Assembly: GCA_963775425.1 (NCBI GenBank)
Contig: CAVZJB010000018.1
Coordinates: forward strand, 192,001-256,000
Source of the DNA: an uncultured delta proteobacterium
GTDB lineage: Bacteria; Myxococcota; UBA727; VGSZ01
Reading direction: 5' to 3'
Length of the DNA: 64,000 nt
Shown: piece after piece, positions 22,717 through 37,080 of the stretch
Numbering within the stretch: the first letter of the stretch is position 1
Layout: the number at the start of each line of letters is the position of its first letter
Made by a program: the position numbers and the translations under genes
Notes under the pieces: generated by a model
Database searches by the model: none
The model's input: the letters and a program-made list of their open reading frames with translations, nothing else
What the model was told of the DNA's origin: nothing

Positions 22717-25350
22717 TCACAGGCGGCGCTTGATGGCCTTGTACGCCGCGCTGATGTCGGCGGTCTCGAAGCAACTGTCGCCGGCGCGGCCGACGCGGTC
22801 GACGACGTCGAGCGCCGCGCGCGTCTTGCCCGCAGCCGCCAGCGCCGCCATCGCGGCCCGGCGCGAGGCGCACGAGCCCTCGCGCGGCATCAGGTCGAGG
22901 ATGGCGGTCTGCTCGAGGTCGAGCGGCGCGAGGTTGCCGCGCTCCACCAACACCGCCGCCGCGTTGGTGCGCATCGCGGCGCGTACGTCGAGGGTCTCTG
23001 CGGCCAGGCGCTCGTCGACGGAGGGGTCGGGCCACAGCACGAGCATGTCGATCTCGTCGTCGGGCGCCGACGCGTCGAGCCGGTCGAGCAGGAAGTCGGC
23101 CTCGAGGGCGTCGGTGGCCGCGGGGAAGGCGTCCTCGTACAGCTCGAGCGCGCGCCCGGGCTCGCCGAGGGCCGCGTAGGCGTCGGCGAGCACGAGGTCC
23201 TGCGCGGGCGAGCGCTCGCCGTCGCCGTCGAGCGCCTGGATCACGTCGGCGGCGTCGCCCGCCTGCACCTTGGTGAGCGCGACGTCGTAGGGCATGGTCG
23301 CGTGCTGCGTGTGCGCCGCCGCGGCCACACCGAGGACGACGGCCAGCACCGCCCCGAGCGCCACCGCCACCACCGCCACGGGCGGCACCTCGCCGAGCTT
23401 GGGGTGCACCTTCGAAAGCGCCGGGCGCAGCGGCTCGAGCGCCGCCGGCACCTCGCGCGCCGTGGTGGCCCACATTCGCCGCGCCGCCGGCGTCACCTTC
23501 GCGGACGCCCCGCGCAGCGCGGGCGCCACCCGCGCCCACAGGGCGCTCGCCCGCTCCTTGGCCACCATGAGCGGCGGGCGCTGCACCACCAGCGGCTCGC
23601 GCAGCGTGACGTCGTCGATGTCCGCGCCGGCGCCGTCGACGAACTGGATGCCGTCGCCGATGCCGCTCACCGGCTTGGGCTTGCCCGCCTGCGTCGGCTC
23701 CGCCCGCTGCGCCGGCGGCTGCTGCGGCCACACCGGCGCGCCCTCGCCCGTGCGCACCCGCGGCTTGGCCAGGCTCGGCAGCGGCGTCCCCGCGCGCGGC
23801 GGCGGCCGCGGCGTCATCGTGGGCTTGGCCGGCGTGTCGGCGCCCGAGTGCGGCGCCGTCAGCGGCGGCACCGGCGACGACGTCACCGGCCCCGCCGCCG
23901 GTGCCCGGGCCGCCGCGGGCGCATGGGCTGCCGGCGCCGGGGCCGGCGCGCTCGACGACGTCTCGTCGATGTGCCGCATGGCCTCGAGGAGGACGAACGT
24001 CGTCGGCCGGTGGATGTTTTTTTCGCAGGGCTCCTTTTCGTAGTGGATGCGAAAGAAGCCCTCCTTCTGCGTGCACAGCGTGACCACCGCGGGCTCGCCG
24101 GTCTGCTCGTTGGCGGTGCACGCGACGAGCTGCCCGTCGTGCACGTGGACCACGCCCTTGAGCGGCACGCCCGTCTCGGGCGCCGTGTGCACCTCGATGC
24201 TCGCGCTCTTCTTGCCGATTTCGAGCATCTGGATGATCTCGGTGACCGACATCTGCTTGAGCGTGCCCATCACCCCCGTCGGCTGCGCCGCGTACGGGTT
24301 CGACACCTCCATCTCCGACGACCCCGCGTCGAACGGCGACGACACCTGCGGCGGCGCCGCGCGCTCCTCCCGCTGCTGCGCCGCGCGCGGCTTGGGCGCG
24401 GGCCTCGGCGGCGCCATGGTCGGCCACTGCGGCTCCGACGGCGCGGGCGCCGCCGCCACCGGCCCCGACGCCGTGCCGCGCAGCGCGCGCGCGACGGCGT
24501 CGTCGAGGAGCTTGGCCACCTCGCCCGCGGTCTGCGGGCGCCGCGACGGGTCCTTGTGCAGGAGGCGGTAGAGGATGTCGACGACGGCGATGCCCGCGTC
24601 CGGCACCATGGTGGCGATGGAGGGCACCGGCTTTTTCTGGTGCGCCGCCAGCACGTCGGGCGTGGGCCCCTCGAACAGCGGCCGCGCCGTCACGAGCTGA
24701 AAGAGGGTGGCCCCGAGCGCGTAGATGTCCGTGCGGACGTCGGCGGGGGCGCCCCGCACCAGCTCGGGCGCGACGAACGCCGGGGTGCCGTAGACGCCCT
24801 CGGGCCCGCCGAGCCGCGACAGGGGCGCGGCGAAGCCGAAGTCCGTGAGCTTGACGCTGCCGTCGTCGAGGAGGAACAGGTTCGAGGGCTTGATGTCCCG
24901 GTGGGCGACGCCCACGTGGCTCGCCGCCTCCACCGCCCGTGCGGCGTCGCGCACCGCCGACAAGGCCTGGGACACGGGGAACCGGCCGTTCTTCACGAGG
25001 AGCGTACGCAGGTCCCGCCCTGTCGGCAGCCGCTCGAAGGCCACGTAGGGGCCCGCCGCGGCCTCGCCCACGTCGACGACCCGGGCGACGTTTTCGTGGG
25101 CGCGCAGCCCCGCGATCACCCGGTTTTCGCGGAGCATGCGCTGCACCGCGTTGCGGTCGAGGGCCGCCTGCTTGGTGAGCACCTTGACGACGACGATCTC
25201 GCCGCTGCGCTCGGCGCGGCACTCGTACGCCCGGGCCTGCGTGCCCTCCGCGAGCACGCGGATGAGCGTGTAGCCGGGCACGGCCTCGAGCGCGTCGGCG
25301 CTCCGGAGGGTCGGCAGATCGGCCGTGGAGTCGGCATCGCGCTCGGACAT
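22717..25350 (-). CDS. Ser/Thr kinase - DUF4388 - Pro-rich linker - TM - helical-repeat extracellular domain
   Basis: HRDIKPSN, DFG, GTPAFVAPE; 'MGTLKQMSVTEIIQMLEIGKKSA' DUF4388; one TM. Confidence 0.9.
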   Translation of the reverse strand: MSERDADSTADLPTLRSADALEAVPGYTLIRVLAEGTQARAYECRAERSGEIVVVKVLTKQAALDRNAVQRMLRENRVIAGLRAHENVARVVDVGEAAAGPYVAFERLPTGRDLRTLLVKNGRFPVSQALSAVRDAARAVEAASHVGVAHRDIKPSNLFLLDDGSVKLTDFGFAAPLSRLGGPEGVYGTPAFVAPELVRGAPADVRTDIYALGATLFQLVTARPLFEGPTPDVLAAHQKKPVPSIATMVPDAGIAVVDILYRLLHKDPSRRPQTAGEVAKLLDDAVARALRGTASGPVAAAPAPSEPQWPTMAPPRPAPKPRAAQQREERAAPPQVSSPFDAGSSEMEVSNPYAAQPTGVMGTLKQMSVTEIIQMLEIGKKSASIEVHTAPETGVPLKGVVHVHDGQLVACTANEQTGEPAVVTLCTQKEGFFRIHYEKEPCEKNIHRPTTFVLLEAMRHIDETSSSAPAPAPAAHAPAAARAPAAGPVTSSPVPPLTAPHSGADTPAKPTMTPRPPPRAGTPLPSLAKPRVRTGEGAPVWPQQPPAQRAEPTQAGKPKPVSGIGDGIQFVDGAGADIDDVTLREPLVVQRPPLMVAKERASALWARVAPALRGASAKVTPAARRMWATTAREVPAALEPLRPALSKVHPKLGEVPPVAVVAVALGAVLAVVLGVAAAAHTQHATMPYDVALTKVQAGDAADVIQALDGDGERSPAQDLVLADAYAALGEPGRALELYEDAFPAATDALEADFLLDRLDASAPDDEIDMLVLWPDPSVDERLAAETLDVRAAMRTNAAAVLVERGNLAPLDLEQTAILDLMPREGSCASRRAAMAALAAAGKTRAALDVVDRVGRAGDSCFETADISAAYKAIKRRL

Positions 25351-25459
25351 GGGTCTCCGAGGGGAGCATTGCGCGTCGACGCAGGTTTCGGAAAGTCCCG
25401 GGCCCCGTCGTCCCGCCGAGTCGTTGGCATCGCCGCCTCAGGCCGCTAACGACGACCCC

Positions 25460-26658
25460 GTGCAGCTCCGACGACTTTTCCCGCTCCCCTCGCCTGTCTC
25501 GCGCTTGCCCTCGGGTGTGCGCCTCCCCTCGAGCCGTTGCCGTTCGAGCCCGCCGGGCCCGACGCCGCGCCCGACCCGTCGACCTTCGGCCCGTTCCCCG
25601 TCGGGGTGCGCACCGTGACGTTCGTCGACGACACGCGCCCCGCGCCCCCGAACGGTGACGGCACGCCGCGGGACCACGACCACCGCACGCTGGTCACCGA
25701 GATCTGGTACCCCGCCGACGAGTCCGCCCGGGGAAAACCCGGCGAGGACTACGTCCTGTACGACGCCCTCCCCGCCGACATCCAGGCGCAGCTCGGGCCC
25801 GCCGACCTCGGCACGCTCGAGACCACCGCCGTGCGCGACGCCGCCCCGCGGCCCGATCGCGGCCCGTTCCCCGTCGTCCTGTTCTCCCACGGCAAGGGCG
25901 GCATCCGCATGCAGTCGACGTACTACACGGTGGCGCTGGCCAGCCACGGCTACGTCGTCGTCGCCCCCGACCACGAGGGCGACACCATCGTCGACCTGCT
26001 CGAGACCGGCGACGTGGACTTCACCACCACCACCGACAGCTACATCGACCGCCCCATCGACATCGAGTTCATCGCCGACGAGCTCGCCGCGCTCCCCGAC
26101 GACGACCCCGTCAAGCCGCTCATGGACCTCGACAACATGGCGGTGACGGGCCACTCCTTCGGCGCGCTGACGTCGATGATCGTGGTCGGCGAGGATTACC
26201 GCTTCCACGCCGCCGTCGCGCAGTCGCCCGTGGGCGTGACGCTGGTGACGGCGTCGACGCCGGGGCCCCTGGAGGAGCTCGGCAAGCCCCTGATGATCCA
26301 GTCCGGCGGCGAGGATCGCACGCTCCCCGAGGACGTCGACGCCCAGTCGCTCTGGGACCACATGGTCGCGCCGCGCGCCTGGGAGTCCCTCGTGCGCGCC
26401 GGCCACTTCACCTACAGCGACCTGTGCATCCTCGACGTCGCCGCCATCGACGACGCCCTCGCCATCGACGCCAGCAACGTCCTCGAGGACGGCTGCGGCC
26501 CCGAGAACATCCCGCCCGACGAGGCGTTCCCGCTGATCCGCGACGGCGCCATCGGGTTCTTCAACATCCACCTGCGCGGAAGCGCAGGCTCGAAGAAGTG
26601 GCTAACCCAATCGGCACTCGACGCCCTCGCCACCGGTGAGGGCACCCTGCAGGAGTGA
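25460..26658 (+). CDS. Alpha/beta hydrolase (PAF-acetylhydrolase/dienelactone hydrolase-like) lipoprotein; probable 1-nt deletion near 25487
   Basis: 'FPVVLFSHG', 'LASHGYVVVAPDH', nucleophile GHSFG, 'AGHFTY'; in-frame lipobox LALGC upstream of 25537 has a start only if GTG 25460 is joined by one added C. Confidence 0.8.
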
Positions 26659-26660
26659 TC

Positions 26661-26918
26661 ATGTCCGTGCGCTTCCCCGCCCTCGTCCTCGCCCTCCTGC
26701 TCGCGGGCCTCGCCGGCTGCGCCGGCCGCACCGTCGTCGACACCGTCACGCCCTCCGAGGGCGAAGGCGAGGGCGAGGGCGAGGGCGAAGGCGAAGGCGA
26801 AGGAGAAGGCGAGGGCGAGGGCGAGGGCGAAGGCGAGGGCGAGGGCGAAGGCGAAGGCGAAGGCGAAGGAGAAGGAGAAGGCGAAGGCGAAGGAGAAGGA
26901 GAAGGCGAAGGAGAGTGA
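26661..26918 (+). CDS. Small lipoprotein whose mature part is almost entirely a (Glu-Gly)n repeat
   Basis: MSVRFPALVLALLLAGLAGC lipobox, then about 12 residues and more than 25 EG units; synonymous codon variation; AGGAG upstream. Confidence 0.8.
   Translation: MSVRFPALVLALLLAGLAGCAGRTVVDTVTPSEGEGEGEGEGEGEGEGEGEGEGEGEGEGEGEGEGEGEGEGEGEGEGEGEGEGE
26757..26915. repeat. 6-bp period coding repeat GG(C/A)GA(G/A)
   Basis: Directly visible; variation confined to third codon positions. Confidence 0.95.
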
Positions 26919-26952
26919 CCCGCAAGGAGCGGTGCGTCCCCCGAGGGCGTCC

Positions 26953-27861
26953 CTAGGCGGCGAGCAGCTCTGCCGTCCGCAGCGCCGCCGACGTCATGAT
27001 GTCGAGGTTGCCGGCGTACTTGGGCAGGTAGTGCGCCGCGCCTTCGACCTCGAGGAAGACCGTGACCTTCAGGCCCTTTCGCGGCGCCGTCCCCGGCATC
27101 TTCAGCTCGACCTCGTCGAACACCGGGTCCTGCTTCAGGCGGTACCCGGGCACGTATTGCTGCACCTCGGCCACGCGCTTCTTCACGCTCTGAGCGACCG
27201 CGTCGTCGTCGGTGGTCTCGGCGAAGCAGTAGACCGTGTCGCGCATGATCACCGGCGGCTCCGCCGGGTTCAGCACGATGATGGCCTTCCCGCGCGCGGC
27301 GCCGCCGACCTTCTCGATGGCCCGCGCCGTCGTCACCGTGAATTCGTCGATGTTCGCGCGCGTCCCCGGGCCCGCGCTCTTCGACGCGATAGAGGCCACG
27401 ATCTCCGCGTACGGCACGGTGGCCACGGAGCTCACGGCGTGCACGATCGGGATGGTCGCCTGGCCGCCGCACGTCGTCATGTTCACGTTCATCGCGCCCT
27501 CGCGGGCGACGTCGGCGAGGTTCACCACCGGCACCACGTACGGCCCCAGCGCCGCCGGCGTCATGTCCACCACGCGCTTGCCCCTCTCGGCGAGCAGCTT
27601 GGCGTGGTGCAGGTGCGCCTTGGCGCTGGTGGCGTCGAAGACCACCGCGACGTCGGAGAAGCGCGGGTGCGCGAGCAGGCCCTCGATGCCCTCGTGCGTG
27701 GCGTCGACCTTCATGCGCCGCGCTCGCGCGAGGCCGTCGCTGTCCTTGTCGATGCCGACGAGCAGCGCGACGTCGAGCTTCTCCGACGTGCGCAGCACCT
27801 TCACCATCAAGTCGGTGCCGATGTTCCCCGAGCCGATAATCGCGCAGAGCTTCTTGGTCAT
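26953..27861 (-). CDS. dmpF: Acetaldehyde dehydrogenase (acylating)
   Basis: '[13 protein letters not shown]', 'FDATSAKAH', '[14 protein letters not shown]', '[13 protein letters not shown]', '[13 protein letters not shown]'. Confidence 0.95.
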   Translation of the reverse strand: MTKKLCAIIGSGNIGTDLMVKVLRTSEKLDVALLVGIDKDSDGLARARRMKVDATHEGIEGLLAHPRFSDVAVVFDATSAKAHLHHAKLLAERGKRVVDMTPAALGPYVVPVVNLADVAREGAMNVNMTTCGGQATIPIVHAVSSVATVPYAEIVASIASKSAGPGTRANIDEFTVTTARAIEKVGGAARGKAIIVLNPAEPPVIMRDTVYCFAETTDDDAVAQSVKKRVAEVQQYVPGYRLKQDPVFDEVELKMPGTAPRKGLKVTVFLEVEGAAHYLPKYAGNLDIMTSAALRTAELLAA

Positions 27862-28934
27862 CGAGGCGGAGGAGGCACGAAGTGGACGACCGGCGCAATG
27901 CGGGCCGGGGCGTCGGGCTCGCCGCGCACGGCGTACAGGCAGCGCGCCGCCGCTTCTTGCCACGGGCCGACGCTGCGGCCCGGGTTGAAGGCGGCGAAGT
28001 TGATGAGCTCCCGGGCGCACGGCATCCCGCTGTCGCGCATCGCCTCGACGTATTCGCTCTCGCCGACGATGCCGCGCCGCGGGTGCACGAGGTCGAAGCG
28101 CATCACGCTGACGTCGCTGCCCGCGCCGGACGTGGTGTTGAGGGCCTCGACCATCCAGAACACGCCGTCCCGGTAGGTCCACAGGCGGAAGCGATCGACC
28201 TCGCCGCTCTTGATGTGCTCCCCGCGCGGCGCGTCCGCGCCGAAGACGCGGGCGGCGGCGTCGGCGAAGGCCTCGCGCGGCGGGTGCGGCGCATACCAAC
28301 CGCATTGCCCCGCCTCGACGAGGCCGGTGTTCCCCCGATGACCGCGCATGACGGCGTCGTCGGGAGCGAGCAGGAAGCGCACGCCGACGTCGCAACTGTG
28401 CGACCCGGCCTCGCGCGGCGGCTCGTCGGCGCCGGGCACCAGCCGGCGCTTGACCTCGAGGGCGTACGAACGAACGGAGCCGGTGCCGCCGTCGGGGGCG
28501 GGCGCGAGCAACACGAGGGACTCGTCGCCGGGGGTGGCGCAGCCGAGGGCGCGCTGCTCGACCGACTCGTCGACGCTCATCCCCGCGCTGCACGGGGCGA
28601 GCGCCTGCCGCACCTTCTGCTCGAGGTCCCAGACCGAGCCGTCGACGCGGCCGCTCTCGACCCCCGTCGCCGGGAAGCTCCCGCGGTCGGTGGCGAAGCC
28701 CGGAAACGGCGGCGCCACGAACACCGCCGAGACCGCGCGCTCGTCATGCGACGCGGTGGACGCCGCCTGCGTTGTCGTCACCGACGTCGACGGCGCGGGC
28801 GCGGCGGCGGGTGGGGCGTGGCGCGCCGAGAGGGCGCCGACGACACCGACGACGACGCCGGCGACGAGGCCGCACAGGCCCCAGGAGGGGCCATGCAGCG
28901 GGATGGGGCGATGGTCGATCTCGCTGGGGGGCAT
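27858..28934 (-). CDS. Hypothetical membrane-anchored protein with several Cys
   Basis: Single N-terminal TM, Ala/Pro/Thr linker; stop overlaps the dmpF ATG. Confidence 0.65.
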   Translation of the reverse strand: MPPSEIDHRPIPLHGPSWGLCGLVAGVVVGVVGALSARHAPPAAAPAPSTSVTTTQAASTASHDERAVSAVFVAPPFPGFATDRGSFPATGVESGRVDGSVWDLEQKVRQALAPCSAGMSVDESVEQRALGCATPGDESLVLLAPAPDGGTGSVRSYALEVKRRLVPGADEPPREAGSHSCDVGVRFLLAPDDAVMRGHRGNTGLVEAGQCGWYAPHPPREAFADAAARVFGADAPRGEHIKSGEVDRFRLWTYRDGVFWMVEALNTTSGAGSDVSVMRFDLVHPRRGIVGESEYVEAMRDSGMPCARELINFAAFNPGRSVGPWQEAAARCLYAVRGEPDAPARIAPVVHFVPPPPR

Positions 28935-28999
28935 CGCGCGAGTCTAGTCCAGCGCGCGCGGGCCGTGCCGGAGCGGACAGATCGGCGACGCCCCCGGCG

Positions 29000-30418
<1,419 letters not shown>

Positions 30419-30528
30419 GGAGTCCTCCGGCCCCCGTCTGCCCGGCGTTGGCAGCGGGCGCAAGGGCATGACGAGGTAAAATTCCTGCCCGAGGTACCGG
30501 CCGTGCTCGATCGCTGTGACAAGCGCGC

Positions 30529-31038
30529 TCAGACCGGCGCCCAGTGCTGGAGGAACGCGAGCACCTTGTCGGGGTCGTGGCCGACGCTCTTGTCCTCCTT
30601 CTCGAGGGCGCCCGTCTCCTGCGTGTGCAGGACGGTGCCGTCGGCATCGAGCACGAGGATGACGGGGAAGCCGTTGGAAAACGGGTTGTTGTACTTGACG
30701 TTCAAGCGGGCGTTGGTGTCGCTGTCGACGTGGACGACCACGAAGCTCTTGTCCAGGAGCGCGTGGACGGGGCCGTTGCGCGCCATGAGGTCGTCGAGGG
30801 CGTGGCACCACTTGCACCAGTTGCCCCCGAAGATGAGCAGGACGCGCTTGTTTTCGGTCTTGGCCTTCTGCTCGGCGGCGGCGATGAGCTTGTCGCCGTC
30901 GGCGGCGGGGTCGTAGGCGTCGTAGCCGGCGAGCGCGGGGTGCTGCGGCTGGCCCGCGGCGGCCGCCTCCCCCCGGGTGCAGCCTCCGGCGGCGGCGGCG
31001 AGGACGACGACGGCGGCGAGGGCGGGGAGCAAGCGCAT
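30529..31038 (-). CDS. Thioredoxin-fold lipoprotein
   Basis: '[10 protein letters not shown]', cis-Pro 'GFP'; signal ending AGGC. Confidence 0.88.
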   Translation of the reverse strand: MRLLPALAAVVVLAAAAGGCTRGEAAAAGQPQHPALAGYDAYDPAADGDKLIAAAEQKAKTENKRVLLIFGGNWCKWCHALDDLMARNGPVHALLDKSFVVVHVDSDTNARLNVKYNNPFSNGFPVILVLDADGTVLHTQETGALEKEDKSVGHDPDKVLAFLQHWAPV

Positions 31039-31158
31039 GCGCCGGTCCTAGCGGCGCGGGCGCCGGGTGCCAACCGCCCGGGCCCCGCATGCGCACGGAC
31101 GTCTCAACAGAGCTCTCGTCGCCGCGGCGCGGTAGAGTCCGCCGCGAGGAGAAAGCAC

Positions 31159-31731
31159 ATGCGATTGCATCCGGGCTTCATCGCCGCCGCCGTCGTCGGC
31201 CTCACGTTGGCGACGCCGTCGCGCGCGGGCGACCACGGGAAGGCGCACTTCGACAAGGCGAAGGCCGTCGCCAAAGACAAGGCGAAGGCGAAGGCGAAGG
31301 ACAAGGACAAGGACCACAGGGGCAAGGACGACGACAAGCGCCGCGGCGACGACGAGGAGCACGGCGACAGAGGTCACGACGGGGATCACGACGCCGCGGC
31401 CGACACAGGGCGCGGCGAGGGCGCCGACAAGCTCGCGCACGAAAACGACAAGCACGAGCGGCGGATGGCGCTCATCGCCAAGCTCGACAAGATCGCGGCC
31501 GACGGCATGAAGGCCGACCTGGCGGCGAAGGCGAAGGGCCTGCGCGACAAGGAGGACACCCGCCACGCGCGCGTGCTCGCGCGGCTCAACGGCGACGAGC
31601 ACGGCAAGGCGGGCGACGAGCACGGCAAGGCCGGCGACGAGCACGGCAAGGCCGGCGACGAGCACGGCAAGGCCGGCGACGAGCACGGCAAGGCCGGGGA
31701 GCACGGCAAGCACAAGGGAGGTGCCAAGTGA
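31159..31731 (+). CDS. Hypothetical secreted, highly charged His/Lys/Asp-rich protein
   Basis: ATG 31159 with GAGGAG RBS, signal peptide, C-terminal (GDEHGKA)x5. Confidence 0.75.
   Translation: MRLHPGFIAAAVVGLTLATPSRAGDHGKAHFDKAKAVAKDKAKAKAKDKDKDHRGKDDDKRRGDDEEHGDRGHDGDHDAAADTGRGEGADKLAHENDKHERRMALIAKLDKIAADGMKADLAAKAKGLRDKEDTRHARVLARLNGDEHGKAGDEHGKAGDEHGKAGDEHGKAGDEHGKAGEHGKHKGGAK
31591..31710. repeat. 21-bp tandem repeat (5+ copies) encoding GDEHGKA
   Basis: ggcgacgagcacggcaaggc(c/g) units. Confidence 0.95.
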
Positions 31732-31958
31732 AGGAGCTCATGCTCGCGACCCTGACGGCGGCGGCGCTCGCGTCGTGCAGCAGCAGCGACAAGGCCCCCG
31801 ACGCGGCGCCCTCCGGGGCTGCGTCCGGGGCTGCGCCATCCGCTGCTGCCGCTGCTGCGGCGGCGGCCCCGGCGACGACGCCCGAGGCCGTCACCGCCGA
31901 CAACGCCGAGGCCACCGCCGATGCGCTGGCCAAGGAGATCGACGCCGACACCGACTAG
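31728..31958 (+). CDS. Small Ala-rich lipoprotein
   Basis: GTGA overlap, GGAGG RBS, lipobox LASC. Confidence 0.7.
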   Translation: MKELMLATLTAAALASCSSSDKAPDAAPSGAASGAAPSAAAAAAAAAPATTPEAVTADNAEATADALAKEIDADTD

Positions 31959-32065
31959 AGAAGTGATCCGCACAGCGGAACAGGGTCAGTGCCGGCACGC
32001 GCGGTGGTCCCGCCGCCGGTGCGCGACGATGCACGACGGCTCGCGCGTGCCCGCGGAGGTCGGGC

Positions 32066-35247
<3,182 letters not shown>

Positions 35248-35270
35248 CCGCCTGACCTCCGCAAGGCCGC

Positions 35271-36296
35271 TCAGATCCCGCACTCGAGGAAGGCGCGGGC
35301 GAAGGCGGCGCGGGCGCGATCGTCCATGTGCTCCCAGAGGTAGCGGCGCGAGGCGCACACCGCGGCGGCGTGGGCGTCGCGGGCCGCGAGGGCGGCTTTG
35401 ACGTCGAGGACGCCGACGGGGACGGCGCCGTCGTCGCAGCGCCAGGCGCGCGCGCCGAAGCCGTCGTCGAAGAGGGTGGCGGCGCGGCCGCCGGGGCACT
35501 CGAACGAGAGGAACGGATCGCCGGCGTTCACGTCGCGCGGGCGGTGGGTCTCGACGGGCACGGCGTCCTCGAGCACCGACTGCGGCACGAAGAAGCCGTC
35601 GTCGTCGGTGGCGCGGTGGATGGCGTGCGGGTCCTTGAGGTCCACGGGCTTGTCGGCCGTGTGGCAGCGGGCGCAGGCGTTGTTGCGCTTGTACTCCTCG
35701 ATGAGCACGCGCTTGTTCACGCGGGCGTCCTGCAGCGTGCGCGTGCGCCGGAGGCGTCCTGCGAGGAGGCCCGTGGCGACGCGCTGCGCGTCGTCGTCGC
35801 CGCTGCGCCAGCGAACCCCCGCGAGCGGCGCGGCCGTCGACGCGGCGGTGGGCACGAGCACGTGAAAGATCGCGCCGCCTGCAGCGAGCGTGGTGCCGCG
35901 CACGTCGATGACGGCGTCGCCGAAGGACTCCACGCGGTCGGCTTCGGTGCCCGGCGGGAAGCGCAGGCGCGGCCGGCCGTCGACGGTGCGCACGGTGACG
36001 CGGCCGCGTTCGGGCACCTTGAGCCAGACGGCGATGCGATCGCTCTCCGCGGCGTCGGTCGGCAAGCGCACCGGGGGCACCATGCGCGCGTAGCCCCGCC
36101 GCGACCAGTGGTCGGCGGGGTGGTCGATGCGGACGCGGGCGACGGCCCGCTGTGGGCGCGCGTCGGCGCGGTCGAGGAACATGAGCGCGACGGAGAAGCC
36201 GAGCACGGCGCCGGCGGCGGCGACGACGACGAGGGCGACCCCCGCCGCGCTCGTGTCTCTTCGGGTGGGGCTCTTGCCGTCGTCGTCGGGCATCAC
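35271..36296 (-). CDS. Membrane-anchored hypothetical protein with one c-type haem motif
   Basis: N-terminal TM; CARCH motif; last gene of the 42177-35271 run. Confidence 0.7.
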   Translation of the reverse strand: MMPDDDGKSPTRRDTSAAGVALVVVAAAGAVLGFSVALMFLDRADARPQRAVARVRIDHPADHWSRRGYARMVPPVRLPTDAAESDRIAVWLKVPERGRVTVRTVDGRPRLRFPPGTEADRVESFGDAVIDVRGTTLAAGGAIFHVLVPTAASTAAPLAGVRWRSGDDDAQRVATGLLAGRLRRTRTLQDARVNKRVLIEEYKRNNACARCHTADKPVDLKDPHAIHRATDDDGFFVPQSVLEDAVPVETHRPRDVNAGDPFLSFECPGGRAATLFDDGFGARAWRCDDGAVPVGVLDVKAALAARDAHAAAVCASRRYLWEHMDDRARAAFARAFLECGI

Positions 36297-36306
36297 TTCG
36301 TCGGGG

Positions 36307-37071
36307 TCAGGAGGGTACGTCGCGTCCCATCACGGTCTTTCGTCCGTCCTTGCGTGCGGTCTCGATGGCGAAGTGCGCGATGCGCCGAAGCTCGTTCGAG
36401 ATCACGGCAGGGACTTCGTCGGATGTACGCATGTCGGAGCGGGCGCGCACGTACTCCTTGAGCCTGGAGACCACCACGAGCACGTCGCCGGTCCCTTGCG
36501 GCCCCGGCCGGGGCACATCGCGCCCGAGGAGGGTCTTCCGGCTGTTGCGCCGGGCCTCTTCGATGGCCGCGTCGGCGAGCCGGCGCACGTGGACGCTGAA
36601 GGGCTGCAGCACCTGGTCCGAGGTGGACATGCCGTTGGACGCCGACTTGATGAAGTCCTTCAGGCGAGACACCACGACGAGCACCTCGCCGTCCCCGCTC
36701 GTCGACGCGGGGCTCGATGACGGCGCGCTCGATGGGGCGCTCGCCGGCACGCTCGATGGGGCGCTCGATGGGGCCGGCGCGCTCGAGGCCGGGCGCGGCG
36801 CGCTCGACGACGACGGCGACGGGCGCGGCGGCGACGACGGGCGCGGCGCGGCGGCCTCGGCGCGCGACGGGGCCACCTGTTCCACGGCCCACGCGTCCTT
36901 GTGGTTTTCGATCTCGTTGTGCACCGCCCAGCAGTCGGGCGAGCAGAACTGCGTGGGCGCGCGTACCTTGGTGCACGACGCCACGCTGCACAGGGAGTAC
37001 TTGCTGCCGAAGGGGATCTCCTTCTTGCAGTTGCTGCAGCGGCGCCAAAAGGTCTGCTCGGTGGACGTCAT
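36307..37071 (-). CDS. Bacterial histone: ZZ-like zinc finger + Ser/Pro linker + two tandem Bd0055-type histone folds
   Basis: CSNC/CSVASC/CSPDC/H/H ligands; repeats 'EVLVVVSRLKDFIK...MSTS...ARRNSRKTLLGRDV' and 'DVLVVVSRLKEYVR...MRTS...ARKDGRKTVMGRDV' carry the histone RKT-x3-RD signature. Confidence 0.88.
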   Translation of the reverse strand: MTSTEQTFWRRCSNCKKEIPFGSKYSLCSVASCTKVRAPTQFCSPDCWAVHNEIENHKDAWAVEQVAPSRAEAAAPRPSSPPRPSPSSSSAPRPASSAPAPSSAPSSVPASAPSSAPSSSPASTSGDGEVLVVVSRLKDFIKSASNGMSTSDQVLQPFSVHVRRLADAAIEEARRNSRKTLLGRDVPRPGPQGTGDVLVVVSRLKEYVRARSDMRTSDEVPAVISNELRRIAHFAIETARKDGRKTVMGRDVPS

Positions 37072-37080
37072 GGCCGGAAG

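Noticed and set aside
30419-30528. Sigma54 promoter, NtrC site or glnA riboswitch upstream of glnA
   Set aside because: A TTGC is present on the minus strand but without GG at the required spacing; no convincing consensus or structure.
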